Assembly (NCBI GenBank): GCA_964252035.1
Contig: OZ176205.1
DNA length: 64,000 nucleotides
Direction: 5' to 3' (one strand)
DNA from: Podarcis erhardii
Taxonomy: Eukaryota
The notes under the pieces are model-generated. The model worked only from the letters and a program-made list of their open reading frames with translations. It was not told the origin of the DNA and ran no database searches. Shown piece by piece: positions 35,301 through 48,200 of this stretch; within the stretch, counting starts at the first letter, position 1, and every line of letters begins with the position of its first letter. Both the position numbers and the translations under genes were made by a program.

Positions 35301-37614
35301 TATTCAAGTGCTGTGAAACTTCAAAGGCTTGGCTTGTTTTCAATTGCTATTTTGAACCACTTGCTGTTCATCAGCCTAGGAACAAAATCACTTTTTACAC
35401 ACTAGCTAGATCTAATTTAAATGGTGTTTGAGAAAGGCTCTATATTTTCATGAGCCCTTTGTCTCTTATTAGTTTAAGAAAATGCTAATACAGTGCCAAA
35501 ACATTGTTTAACATGTCACAAAACTCCAAAGCTTGTTCTGCAACAAAGCTAAATAAGCCTTCTGAATTTAAGTTAAGCAGAAGGAAAAATATATCATGTT
35601 TGCACTATAAATGAAGGTGCTGAGGAACTAAACTTTTTCCTTGAACAAGTTCAGCAAAATCCTTTGATTTACTTATTTCCCCCCCCCCTTTTTGCTCTGT
35701 ATAAAAGAAGAAGAGCAAAACCCTCTCATGCTTGTTTATAGCCTTGCCAACAGAGTTGGAAAGGAGTGCCTGGCCTTTGCCAATGAAGAGTTCACCTGGG
35801 TGTGAGGATGAGTACCTCCTCTATGTAGAGAGCACTGATCTTGGGGAGGGCAAGAGTTCTGGGGCAAGACGGTTCAAACAAGACACAGTATTTATGTACT
35901 ATGAAAGGCGTGGGGGAGACATGGGAGGCAGCTGCAACGGTTATACATTACAGCAAGGGTTTTTCTTTAACTTGCTTACCTGTGTGGGGTGCTGTGTCCT
36001 TGCATCTCCAGTTGTGAGAGCAGAAGGTAACTTGGCATTTGGGCCTGAAGCTCCAAGGTGAGATACTGTACCAGATAAGGTTCTGGGAAGAGAGGTGGAG
36101 GCTTCTGCCAAAGTCGAAAGCTGTCAAATCTTCAGTATGGGATTGCATCCTAATTAAATTGCAATTCATTATTTATGTTTGCTTACCATTTTTGAGCTTT
36201 TCTTTTGATATACTTCCACACTTGTCTTTATCAGCTCTGAATTTCTCCTGTTGTTTTATTGTCTCTCTCACAGCCCTTTAAAGTTAGCTTCTTTGAGAAA
36301 TCTTGCATCCTTTTGCCTGACTTGTGTGTGCTTTTGCCTCATTTGACAGCTCCCTTTCTGATTAATTTATGCTTATGTCAAACAGAGGCACCATTATTTG
36401 CTTCAGATTCTTTCTTTCTGTTGGTTGCTTCATCAGATCTTTAAAAGATTTGATTCTCGTACCACTTCTTGGTTTTCATAGGAGCCTCTTAGTTTGGGAG
36501 CTCTGGGTTTGCATGTACAGATTGTGCAGAGGTCTGTGCATATTAAGTTCATTGCAAGCAAGCTTTTTTGCACACACTGCCTTAAGTCAAACATGTGGAT
36601 GGCAGGTGGAACCAGCAGGTGCCCCATGAAGGGGATGGTGGTAATCCTGTTTGTCACTATGCAGGCACTTTGAAGGTCTGCAGAGGTCTGCAGTTTGACA
36701 CTACACAGGCTGTAAGAACAAAAGCGGGGGTTTCTCAGCAACATCATTGCTCTTATGCGGCTGCCCTACATGTCTTTGTCCAAATGCAGAGCTTTTTCTC
36801 AGGTATATAGATTTGGGTGTTAGAAGTAATTAGGTGTTTTGTTTTGTTTTTTTAAGAAATAATGAGGAAATCTTAGAACCTTATTTCTAAACAGATTATA
36901 ATCTATTCATTTCCTTACTATTTGGGGGGGGGTGGGTGGGAAGATAAGGTGCTCAACTTGCAGCTTAACACAAAAGGTGATTTTTGCCAGGCTTTTAGGC
37001 TAACACTTCCAGCCGGCTGCATTTGCCTTGAGCATTAGCTTAACTTCTTCATAAACATCCCTCCCTGGCCTCTGCACAGAGGAAGGTGTCGGGTTTTCAA
37101 GGTGATTAGCAGGGAACACTTTACCCATGCAGCAGCTGTTCCTCCATATGGATGTGTGGAACACAGTCAAAGATAAGTGAAGGGCAGGGCAGGAAGTGTC
37201 CACAGAAAGCAAAAAACCGGCTTTCATCAATCCTGATAAAATTAACATCTGGGAAACTTTTACAAAAAGCTGCCTTTTTGTTGCCGCTGTTTCACGTAGG
37301 GCTACTTCATGTATTACAAACAGAAAAGAGATTAATCTACATGTCAGGTGATGCGTGAGCAAACTGCCAGCCTGGACCTAATCGCTGCATGGAATTATGC
37401 TTAACACCAAAGCACCTTTGTCCACAAAATGGCACAGCCAACTCTGACCCTGAATGGTATGGGGATGGTGTGGTGCATTTTTTTCCCTTTCAAAGAAGCC
37501 TCCCTTCCCCACATTAAATGCTGGAATTCTGGGATGAACTGGGAATTGGGAGTGCACGCCTGATTCTCTGACTCCAGTCCTCTAAGATACTTTAATATTT
37601 TGAAGGGTCTTTCC

Positions 37615-37830
37615 TCCTATTATTCATTATTTTTTTACATTTATATCCCAACAGTCCAAGGAGTTGAAGGTGCTGTACATAGTTCTCCTCCCTCATTTTA
37701 TCCTCACAACAACCCTGTGAGGTGGGTTAGGCAGCGACTGGCCCCAAGGTCAGCACCCAGTGAGCTTCATACCTGGGAGGGGGGTGTATTTGAACCCCAA
37801 TCTCCCTGGTCTTAGTGCACTTGACTACAC
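37615..37830 (-). mobile_element. CORE/MIR-like SINE
   Basis: TTTATCCTCACAACAACCCTGTGAGGT...GGCCCCAAGGTCA...CAGTGAGC...TTTGAACCC is CORE-SINE-like. Confidence 0.7.
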
Positions 37831-37965
37831 TACATTGGCTCATAAATATTACTGTATCCGAATAATGCAATTCCAAGCCAGAATGAGATTTGATGGCTCT
37901 CTATAGATTTTAGAAGAATGCAGCTGCAAATGAAATGAGTAGCATTAGATCACAAGGAAGGTAGT

Positions 37966-38239
37966 TGGGGACCAGAATTTGACCTTAGGCAGAGTGAGGC
38001 AGCCGTCTCAGGTAGCACATGCTGTGTGGGTGATGGTGTGGCAGCGAGAAGCTGGATGATAGAGGTAGGTGTGCACCACATGGTCTACCCTGCATGCCCC
38101 ACGGGATGTGGTGGAGTGCGCCAACTTTGCTAGTGTTGAAGTAAGATTCAACAGCCGGTCCAGTTGGCTTCTCTACATCGAATGGACAGCACCAGAGTGC
38201 CTTTTACCCCAGGCAGCAAAATGTCTTGGGCCAGCCCTT
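37966..38239. mobile_element. Degenerate hAT-type MITE related to 42422-42889
   Basis: Right end GCAGCAAAATGTCTTGGGCCAGCCCT is the inverse of the left end of 42422-42889; left TIR eroded. Confidence 0.5.
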
Positions 38240-38641
38240 TCAGGGACAATAGAACACATTATAAAGAGTTTTTATAAGAAAAACATATAAAAAGCATGTT
38301 AACCTAGCCACTCAGGGACTTAGCTGGAGATTGCATTTGCTATTAAGCAAATGTATGATATTAATTACATTTGTTCCTAAGAAAGTTACCAATGCATTTG
38401 CAAGCAGGCCTTTGTTCTTGTCGGGGAACAGAACAAGCTTCTCTCTTACGGCATCTAGATTCTGAAGCAAGATAGATCCTAAACAAGGTAGTTTGCTGTA
38501 TTTTTGTCCCAAGCAAAAGTCAAGATTGTTTTTATGGGAAGGATTTTTGATTTATTTGATTTGTTTGCATGTTGGCTGCTCTTCGGCCACGGCTCTCAGA
38601 GCAGCTCATAAGAATTAAATTAATAATATACAATGACAATG

Positions 38642-38787
38642 TGATAGCTCAGCCAGTACAGCATGCGACTTAACCTCAGAGTTGTGGGTTCAAGCCCCAC
38701 ATTGGGCAAAAGATTCCTGCATCACAGGGGGTTGGACAAGGTGACCCTCAGGGTCCCTTCCATCTCTACAAGTCTACGATTCTGTGA
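38642..38787 (+). mobile_element. tRNA-derived SINE with CR1-type 3' tail
   Basis: GATAGCTCAG head, GGTTCAAGCCCC B-box, tail GGGTTGGAC...GGTCCCTTCCA.CTCTAC..TTCTGTGA. Confidence 0.75.
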
Positions 38788-40479
38788 ATATCAAACTGTA
38801 CAATATGTTGCCAATAAAGAAGGCAACATTCCAGCATGATGAAACGCAAACAAGCCAAAAGACCTGGGCAAATAAAAAGGTCCTCACCTGGCACCAAACA
38901 GAAAACCAAGGCTAAGGCTGTGTACTACATAACCACACATTTTAATGCGTCTTACTACCTCCGAAGGAATAACTGTTTCTTTTTATAAATGAAAATTAGG
39001 TATATTTACAGTTTGAAGCCGGACACAAAAAGGAGAGTCGCTGTTAAGAGAGGAAGAAGAGCAGTTGCCCAGTAGGATTGATTAATCTTTATTAAGTTAG
39101 TTAATATTAGTGGCTAACAGCAGAACTGAATACATATGAAACGTATAGAATGAACACAAAGTCCATTAAACAGATTAAACATATGACCTTTGCATTTTCT
39201 ACTCAAATGAGAATGGCTACATCATAGCAAGTAGGAAATGCCAAAATAAATATATACCTGTAGATCAGCCTCAGAATAAATATGTAGAACAGCCCCGTAT
39301 GCCTCCATCGCAAAGAAACAGAGAGCGCATAACTTGGTCAGGTGACTCATAGGAGAATTGGTGGACTTGGCTCATTTCCAGAACCGTTCTCTCTGGCCCT
39401 GGTCAAATACTCCAGTACTCCATCTGTTTAGAGAACTAAAGAAATATTGTTTTGCCTTTTAGGCAACACTTTATATCCGGGTTTCTCCAGGAACCTGTTT
39501 AATGAACAACCAGTTTTCTTACACTAATCCCTAATAATGCTAGGATAAACATAGTTTTGTTTGCTAAATATTTAGAATCTAGAGGAGCCCTGAGAATTTA
39601 GAGCAGTTGTGAATAAATATGCTTCATAAAATCAACAACAACCACAACTACAAAAGCAACCACAACAATCCCTGCCCCTGGATTCTACCACCTTGCTCTG
39701 CATAACTCAGAAATGATGCAGGGAGCGAAGGATGCCTTCCCTGCACCAGGCTTTGTGTGTGATCTCATGTTTTGCAAAGCCAAATCAATAGGTATAGGAA
39801 GAGCACTCCCTATTTTCTCTCGCTTGAAAATGCCACCCAGCTAGCATTTCCCTTCTAAAGAAAACATGGGGTTGTGAATCCTGTGTTTTTTCTCCTAACA
39901 TGTAGACCTGTGCCAGGAGTTGGGGAAATGGGATTTTGCTGCACGTAGTAAGGTAACTGGAGCTCTCATGTACCCTGGCTCTACTATGGATTTGGATAAC
40001 ATTTGTTCATACTCTGCACAACTACAGTACCAGCACAGTTTCTTTCTAGTGGCATAAACACCTTCTCTGGAAATGGGCTTGTGCTTAGTAAATGGAATCT
40101 CATCTGCTTAAAGGTATGGCTTGTTATCAACAGAACAGTTATTCAAAACTGCCTTGATTCTGGAATTTGTAGGCATATGCATAGGATTATAAAAGTCCAG
40201 TTTATTCTCTCAGTTAGTATAAATTAGAAGTAGCTGCTCTAGAGAATAGAATTGCATGTGTCTATAGGATAGACCAGCCCGTGGCACGTTTAGTGTACTA
40301 CCTTAATGTTGAGGCCACCAAATCTAGTTTACATGTTCCTATTGTGCAAAATTCTGCAGCTCTGAGCATAATAACCTGATGTCCTGTGGAGAGCCAATCT
40401 TCTATAATAAGTGGGAAAGCATCTATCATTGGTGCTAAATGCACACGGTGTTATTTCACCCCTGCACTTTCTCTTTCAG

Positions 40480-40600
40480 TCTGAATACCATTATGAATAC
40501 ACAGCATGTAACAGCCAAGGCTCCAGATGGAGAGTAGCTGTGCCGCACAACCCAGGACTCTGCACCGGCTTGCCAGACCCCATCAAAGGCACAAAATGCT
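40480..40600 (+). CDS. ELAPOR1: ELAPOR1 exon 2 ([40 protein letters not shown])
   Basis: 121 nt; tttcag / GTAAGC. Intron 1 is 22,909 bp. Confidence 0.96.
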
Positions 40601-41684
40601 GTAAGCTATGACTGCTGTCACCACACCTTCCCTTTACATGGTTTATTCCAGCCAACTGGAGGCTCCAGAGCCACATTGAGCCATGGGGCACGAGATGTCA
40701 CATCGTGCACTGTGTTAAAATGAGGTCTACCCTTGTTAATAGTTGAACATTCAGAAGAGAGAGATACCAATTTCATGCTTAGAATATCCTTGAATGCAGG
40801 CGGTGACCATTTTTCGTGCATCTGATTGCCGTGCAACCACCAATGCCTGTGTTGCTTTTGGCCCCAGGAAGGGATGGAACGGGCTTCCTTGCGACTGCTG
40901 ACACGTGCAATGACCTGGAACACAACCCCCACACAGGTGGAGAGTTGTCTGTATTTTGTGTATGTTAACTTCCCACACACAAAGTTAGCATTGGCTTACG
41001 TGACTTGAAATTGACATGCTGCTGAAATTTTGTAATGATGCACTTAGATTCAAATTTGGATACCCCCCCCCCAATGTTAATGGCTGGGGGAGTGGGAGGG
41101 TGGTGCAGTATTGCCTCTCCATTGCTGATGGTGCTCTGCTATGCCTGAGGTCCTGAGCTTCTCTCTGACAAGTGGGAAGCTTCTGCTGGTGGGTTTTCCC
41201 ATTGGCAGTAAACCACAGAAAGCCTTGAAATGGGACGTTGTAGGGCACCAGAGGCTGTGAGTCTGTTGGATCCAAAGCCCCACGGATTCCCACAGGGACC
41301 AGATCCTATGACTAGTTAATGAGCAAACCAGGATTAGGAACCATAGTTACATCTTGTTTTGTTCTCATTCAATGAATTTTAAGCAAACCACAATTCTTGG
41401 AGTCTGGATGTTGTAGGGAACTGTGGTTTGAAATTGTATAAGAAGCTACACCAGTGGTGAACTGGATGCGTATGGGAAACAGAAGAAGGACATGAGCACA
41501 GTAGGACTCTCCCAAGTTGTGATTCTTATTAAGTGGCAACCCACAGATTCCCCGAGTTCAGTCTGGCCAGGGCAAATGCATTGGGGCAGCATGTTATATA
41601 AATCCTAGGAATCACTCAAGGAAGTCTCTGTTTGGTTTTCATTTGTCCTTTTCCCCTGATCAGTTTTTCTCTTCTGCATTTCAG

Positions 41685-41877
41685 CATTTTCCTGCAAAGC
41701 TGGCGAATTCTTGGACATGAAGAACCAGTCATGCATGCCGTGTGCAGAGGGCACATATTCTCTGGGCACTGGCATCAGGTTCGACGAGTGGGATGAGCTG
41801 CCCCATGGTTTTGACAACAAAGCAACCAACCTTGAAATTGATTACAGCTACTCAGAGTCCTTGGGAAACTGCAGCAT
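41685..41877 (+). CDS. ELAPOR1: ELAPOR1 exon 3 ([12 protein letters not shown]...[12 protein letters not shown]...GNCS)
   Basis: 193 nt; tttcag / GTGAGT. Confidence 0.96.
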
Positions 41878-42421
41878 GTGAGTGAGCTTGTTGCTTTCAT
41901 TTCTGCTAGAGCACATCATTATCACATAGACTGCTGATTCTAAAAGCTAAACACGTTGTTTAAGTGGGTGTGCTTGTGAATTTCTCCACAGATCCTGAGG
42001 GTCTGAATTACCCAGTCTTGTTTTTGGAGCAGTATCTTGCTAGTCTCCTGCCTTTGATTTCCAGACTGCTGCACGTGCTCAGTTGATGCCATTCTCAATT
42101 GTAGCTTCCCCTCCCTCCTCACAGCTAGGTGATTCACATCAGCATGTATGCATATGGATTAAATCTCTGTGCAAAAAAGGAATCCTGATGTGGTTGCATC
42201 AAGGTTCAATTTTAAACTATGATTTAATCAATATGTATATGTGCTGGTGTGCATTAGTCACTTTAAGGGGGGGGGGGAGGAAGAGCCATGAACTGCAAAT
42301 TGAGCAATGTGCCAAAGCAGGATGTGGAACAGAGCAACCCCAGAGAATAGCGATGGGATGGGATGGAAAAGGGAAATACTCTTTTCCCTAAGTTTGATCA
42401 GTTGCTGCACTGTGTCTATAG

Positions 42422-42889
42422 TAGGCCTGGCCCAAGGCGTTTTGGCATCGGAGGTGAACCACAAAATGGTGCTCCCCCATGCCAGGGAACAAGGGGGTGA
42501 GTGATTATCTACAGCAGGGGAGGGGGAGGGGTCTTGCATGAGGAAAGAGGCCCACTCTGAATCACATTGGCCCAGTACAGAGCCAGGAGACCCCAAAGGG
42601 CAGTCCCTGCCATTTTCTTCCTAGGGGTGGGAGGGCACCAAGAGCACCTCCTATTTGCTGAGAGCATGCAGTGGAGGCAGCATGGTGGTGCTGCTGAGGA
42701 GGAGGAGGAGGAGGAGGAGGAGGAGGAGGAGGATGCAGATCCAGCATCCAAGTAGTCTGTCATAGCTGTTGCTGCCCCCATGGCAGCAGCAATGGACAAT
42801 GCATTTTTTTGAGGCCGGATTTGCTGCATTTGTGGATCTTGCTGCCTGAGGTGGCTTCCTCACCTTACCTCATAGGTGGGCCAGCCCTG
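42422..42889. mobile_element. hAT-type MITE with 8-bp TSD, containing (GAG)12
   Basis: TIR TAGGCCTGGCCC / GGGCCAGCCCTG; flanks GTCTATAG (42414-42421) and GTATATAG (42890-42897), 7/8 match; (GAG)12 at 42696-42731. Confidence 0.75.
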
Positions 42890-44829
42890 GTATATAGATG
42901 AAATGGTAAGTTCATGTGCACCAGCACCCTAGCATTTCTGACATTTGGCACTCTTTGTGTGAGTGAGAGTGTGTAAATTCTCCCAATGTGACCAGAATTC
43001 TTCACCAGGGTTAAGTAAATTAAATACATTTTGCATATATTTACTTACTGTGCATAATTCAGTTTGCTTCCCCTAATCATAAGAGACAAAGAGGATATAT
43101 AATGCATTGAATCCCCATTTCCTGCCAGCTGAAATTCTGTTTCCCCTTTGCACCTGAGATTTCACTCATTTTGCAGCCATATAGACTAGACTCTCACTTT
43201 GGTTTGGTTTTTAAAAGGAAAGCCCAGGTTCCTGACTGGTATGGTTACACAGTGGTAAGATACAGACAGTTGATTAAGTTTTAATTGCAATAGCAGATTC
43301 TGTCATTGCTCCCAATGGATTATTTTGACCTGCTAATTTTTACCTAGGGAACAGATATTGTGACTTTCTCATTTTTATGTCCAGGGATTTGTTTGCTTAC
43401 AAAACAGACAGCCACTTAATTTCTAAATAAAAAAGTACATTACTAGATTCTGACATTTTTATTGCTTTATGAATTATAGCCCCAGGAATAGTGCACAGCA
43501 GTATTGGGTTTTTAAAAACATTTAAAATTAAACAGACTTCACTGCAGAAATGTACCAGCATATTATTTTTCAGTAATTTCCTAAAGTATTGTAATGTGGT
43601 TAGCTTGTAAAATCAGTTCAAACCAGTATTTAATAGCTTTATTTTCTATTCTAATTTCTCCCCCTTGGAAGTGACAAAACTATAGGGGGTAGGAAATCAA
43701 TATTTTGCAAAATGGGTACAAAGTGCTAAAGGAAAATGAATAATTTTAACATTAGATGCCTTTATGTAAAGGCAAATGTGTGCCAGGGGAGCTGTGTATT
43801 ATTTCTTTCATTTAAAGGCCATCTTTGAAATTTCAGTTTTTCCTTCTTAGCAGTAAAAGAAGATGGAAAAATAACTTCTACTGCAGATTTTTAATATGAA
43901 TCTCCATTCAATTTTAATGAGCACATTATTTTTTCCCCAATTTCGTCTGTCACTTGTAGTTTGCATCTTTTTAATTATGAAGAATACTATTAGTCAAATA
44001 GTATATAGAGAAGATTTGTTGTCAGTTATTTTAATTTCTCTTGACATGCCTTGTTTTACCTTCTGCTCTGAGATCTCTGCTCAAGCAGTCTAGACCACTA
44101 TATATCTCCCTGTCTGGGAAAGGTTTGGATGAGACATAAGTAGGCCTCCCCCAGTGAAAAACTGCCTATATTGCTTGTGGGGGGGGGACTCCACACCAGC
44201 AGAAATACATCTGCCCACCCACAGATTGCTGGGCAAGTGAAAATGCACCCACCAGCAGCTAACCTTGTGGAGAACCCCAAAACGGGGGGCAGGATTACCC
44301 TCAGCAATAGAGACAGGAGGTGTGGTGGAAAGGGAGGGGAAAAACACCAACCTGGGGTGAAGGCAGGGACCCAAGCTCAATAGTGCTAGGAGAGAAACCA
44401 AATCCAGAGGTAATGGGAAGGAGGAAAACCAACACAGCAAACTGCAGGGAGCAAACCTCTATGTTAGTGGGGGTAATGAGTGGGTTCACATCCAGGGGAG
44501 TAAGTGTTCTGGTGGGTGCCAGAGGGGCACCAAGCATTAGGAAACAGCAGCTGATGGGGCAGGCAGAGGAGCTAATAAAGGGATGAAAGATGTGGAACTG
44601 TGGTGGGAGCAAGTAGCTGGAGGAGGGGAGGAAGAGTTGCTGGGAGGGGCCCAGCCACAGGAAGAAAGGAGAAGTGGTGGAAAGCCACAGTGATTGATAG
44701 CTGGGGGTGCATTCAGAAGGCTGCAGAATTCCGCAGGATTTGCTAATGTTCTGGGCTGAAAAATCACTTGCCTGTGCAGCCTCCATCATCCTCCCATTCC
44801 ATACCCTGCCAGGGGTTTCTGCCCAGCAA

Positions 44830-45200
44830 CATCTTCTACCATGGGCAGCTTGTGATGGGTTGCACTGCTTTGGTGACTTTCTTATGGGGTCAAGTCATGG
44901 AAGCACCAGTGTCTCATCTTCAGCTTTTTGAACACCCATTTGATCACCACATGGGTGGTACAGTGTGCCCTATAATTTTGCCTATCTGGAGTTACAGAGA
45001 AAGTGGCACATAAGTGCATTTGAGAGGATTGGCTCCCTCTGCCTCCACCACTGCATGACAGGTTCCACCTGCAAGCAATGGAATGACACCTTTGGTGCCA
45101 TCAGGAAATGAGCCTGGGAACTAATCTGCTCTGGTGCGATATTAATGGAGGCTTTGAACAAAGCCTTGGGGGCAGGTAAGAAGATCCTTGCCCATACCCC
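44830..45200 (-). mobile_element. Probable degenerate PIF/Harbinger transposase fragment
   Basis: 44992->44882 reads TPDRQNYRAHCTTHVVIKWVFKKLKMRHWCF, matching the recalled HARBI1-type motif TP...YN.AH..TH.VIE..F..L..RFRCL; stops and frameshifts nearby. Confidence 0.5.
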
Positions 45201-48200
45201 ATCAAAGACATGGACAACAGCCAGAGTGATGTTGGTAATGTATCAGTGGCCTCGATTCCCAGGGATCTTGCAGGGGAGGTGGTGGTGCAGTGCCAGCACC
45301 AGTGGAGGAAGGTGTGGCTGTGGCTGTGGCTGTGGCTATGGAGATGGAGGCTGTCCAACCAGCTCAGCCTCTCCCCAATGTATCCCAGAGGTGGGTGTGC
45401 ATTCTCTTTGTGGATGACTTGCTTCCTTTCTGCACTCTGGTTTCAGTGAGTATGTCTCGGGAGAGGCTGAAAAATCACTTGCCTGTGCAGCCTCCATCAT
45501 CCTCCCATTCCATACCCTGCCAGGGGTTTCTGCCCAAGCACAAAGATCAGCACCATGGACAGCACTTGAGCTGTCTTCTCCTCACATGCATGCTGCGCCT
45601 CTGAGGCCCAGTAGCCCTCATGGACATGGTGGTTGGCCTCCCCCTTGCTGCCTTGCTGGGTGCTGTGGCTGCCATTCAACAGGGTAGGTCTGCACAAGAT
45701 CCTGAGATGCCACTGTCTCAACCACCCAACAGACCCAGACCAGCACTTATGCCACCTATGGACCTGGACCATAGGAGACTGAGGAGAGGATGACCCTCAT
45801 ATGGGAGTGAGAGAACAATGAAACTCCTAGCAGCTTGGGAGGGGGCAGCCCCAATCCAGGGAATGTTGGGGTGAATCATGGGGGCAGTATCCTCTCCAAT
45901 GCTAAGGATTTGTCTTTGGAGGGCAGCAGCAGGGAGTGGAAAGGGGTGATCAGCAGTGACAGCAGGCTTCGTTTTGGGGACACTGTTGGTGGGTCATTGT
46001 CTGCTGGAGGTGAGGGATGCAGGAGGAATGGGAGGTGGCTTTGGAGGACGAGGCTACAGACAACTTATTTGGATGAATCAAGAGTGAACTAAGATGCTAC
46101 AAACTTACAGATCAACTTTAGACAAGCATTCGATCAAGGAATTAAGCATATAAATCATGAAGCAGGGTTGTTAAGGTCTGGTGAATCTGTACAGATTTTT
46201 CTTTTTCTTACATGACCACCTTAAATGAAGTTTCTCCAGCTGTGTTTGTGTCCTCCCTGCAGAAACACATCTCCTCAAATGCAATATTCCTCTAACAATA
46301 ATACCTCTCAAATTCCTTGTCATTATCCTGGAGTTTTGGTTGTTCCTTTCAGAACATGAAGCTTAAGAGGGCTGTTTTGCCTGACTTGCTTTTCAGCTGG
46401 AATGTAAAGCTTCAAATCTGCACTCGCCAAAATTCTTTCTGCTTAATTGCATCTGCACCCCACCCTTTTCCCAAGGAGCTTAGGTTGGCATACATGGCTG
46501 TCCACCCCCATTTTACCCAGCTATCCCTTAAGGTCAAGACTTTGACTTGTGCAAGGTCCACCCAGGGAGCTTCATGGCTAAGTGTGGCTTTGGACCTGGA
46601 TTTCCCTGTTCCTGGTTGGATTTTTAACCACGTTGGCTTTCAGTGCCTCTCTCCTGTGTTCTCTTCTGCACTGACAGTGATCCCACATTCACATAATTAG
46701 CACAAAGGTGCAAAGCCTTTTTAAAGATACTGTATGTAATGTGGGTGTGCTAATGTCTGCATATGAGTAAGGTGACGCGGAGGAGGAACCTAACCCTTAC
46801 CTTTTGTTTTGGAGCAGCCTGCCAGTGCATTTAATTAGAAACCATGCATCTTGGAAAATTCATGTGGCGTGCCTATATTCTTCCTTGCTGCTAGTCTGTT
46901 AATAGGAGGCAATGCAAACCTGCCCCTGTGTCTGTCTCCCCAGGTCAGGAAGGCTTAGAAGGGAACTGGTGTGGGGGCCTCCAGTTCTAAGGCAGGGATA
47001 TCCAGAGCCAATGGCTCTTCATGGTCACTGGCAATGTGGAGATCTTCTGAAAGATGCTGGTCCTCTTTTGAAGAATCCAGGTCTGCGGTCTGGGCAGAGC
47101 TGACTCCTGACTCCTCTCACACATTGCACTCTACAAAGATAGGCCTGTACTGTAGCTTTCTATGTTGTCAGTAGAACAGGAGTCTCTGTTCTGGTCCATT
47201 AGTGAAGATTGGAAGCCAACATACCACCTTGACCTCAATTTAGATAGCTGTCCTAGCTGCCACAGTAGCACTAGCTGATCTCTGCCATAGCCCAGTCACC
47301 TGGAGTTGAGTCATTCCTGTTTTGAGATTACTTGTACTTTTTAATCCTGATAGGAAAATGGATGTTAAGCCTAAAACTGTTTTAGTGAGGGTATTTTGTG
47401 AAGCCTGGATTTGAAGGGGTACAGTGTGTTAGCTCTGCTTTACAAGCTCTGGGGCTTTAAGTCTGTCCATTGGCCTCAAATGCCCTGATGAGCAGAGCCA
47501 AGGACTGCCACCTTGTTTTCCTGTCTGGTGCTTTAATCATTTTGATGCTGAAGATAAGCTAGCTGAGACTCGTCAGGCAGAAGACGTCCTTTAAAGAGTG
47601 TTTTTTGCTAAAAAACTCAACACCATGGTGCTGAAAAGTGTTTGTGCAACTTGCAAATGTAACCTACTTCTCATATCACTTAAATTATTCATCAAACTTC
47701 TAAGCACAGTTGTAGAAGCAGAGGGGCAGATTATTACCATTGCTGGTTCGTCTCATTAAGTAAAGGTCTGTCTGGTTCCTCCAGTTTGCCTTAGATCCAG
47801 GATACCTTTCATGGAGTGGTGGCAACGATGCATGTGAAAGGTTCTGAGTTCCTCTTGCTGAAAAGAACAGGAGCAAGTGGCCTTTTTGTTTTCATAAATG
47901 TGTATGAAATCCCAAAGTATGCAGTTTATAGTATGTATTTTTAGCCTTTATCTCTCTTCTGCTGCAAAGTGAATAAGATCCTTGCATATTTTTTCAGACT
48001 GAAAATGATGAGCTGAGGGGAAGGAATGAGCTTCACAGGCTGTGGAACACATCTGATTGATCAGGAAGTGTAATTTTGGGGGGATGGAGGGTTGTCTTAA
48101 GTCTGGAAGAAAACAGGCAGGTATAATATGAGGGGGGGGGAGAACGGGGTTGAAGAAGAACAGATGGTAAGAGAGGCATGTGTAACTAGATGACAATGAG

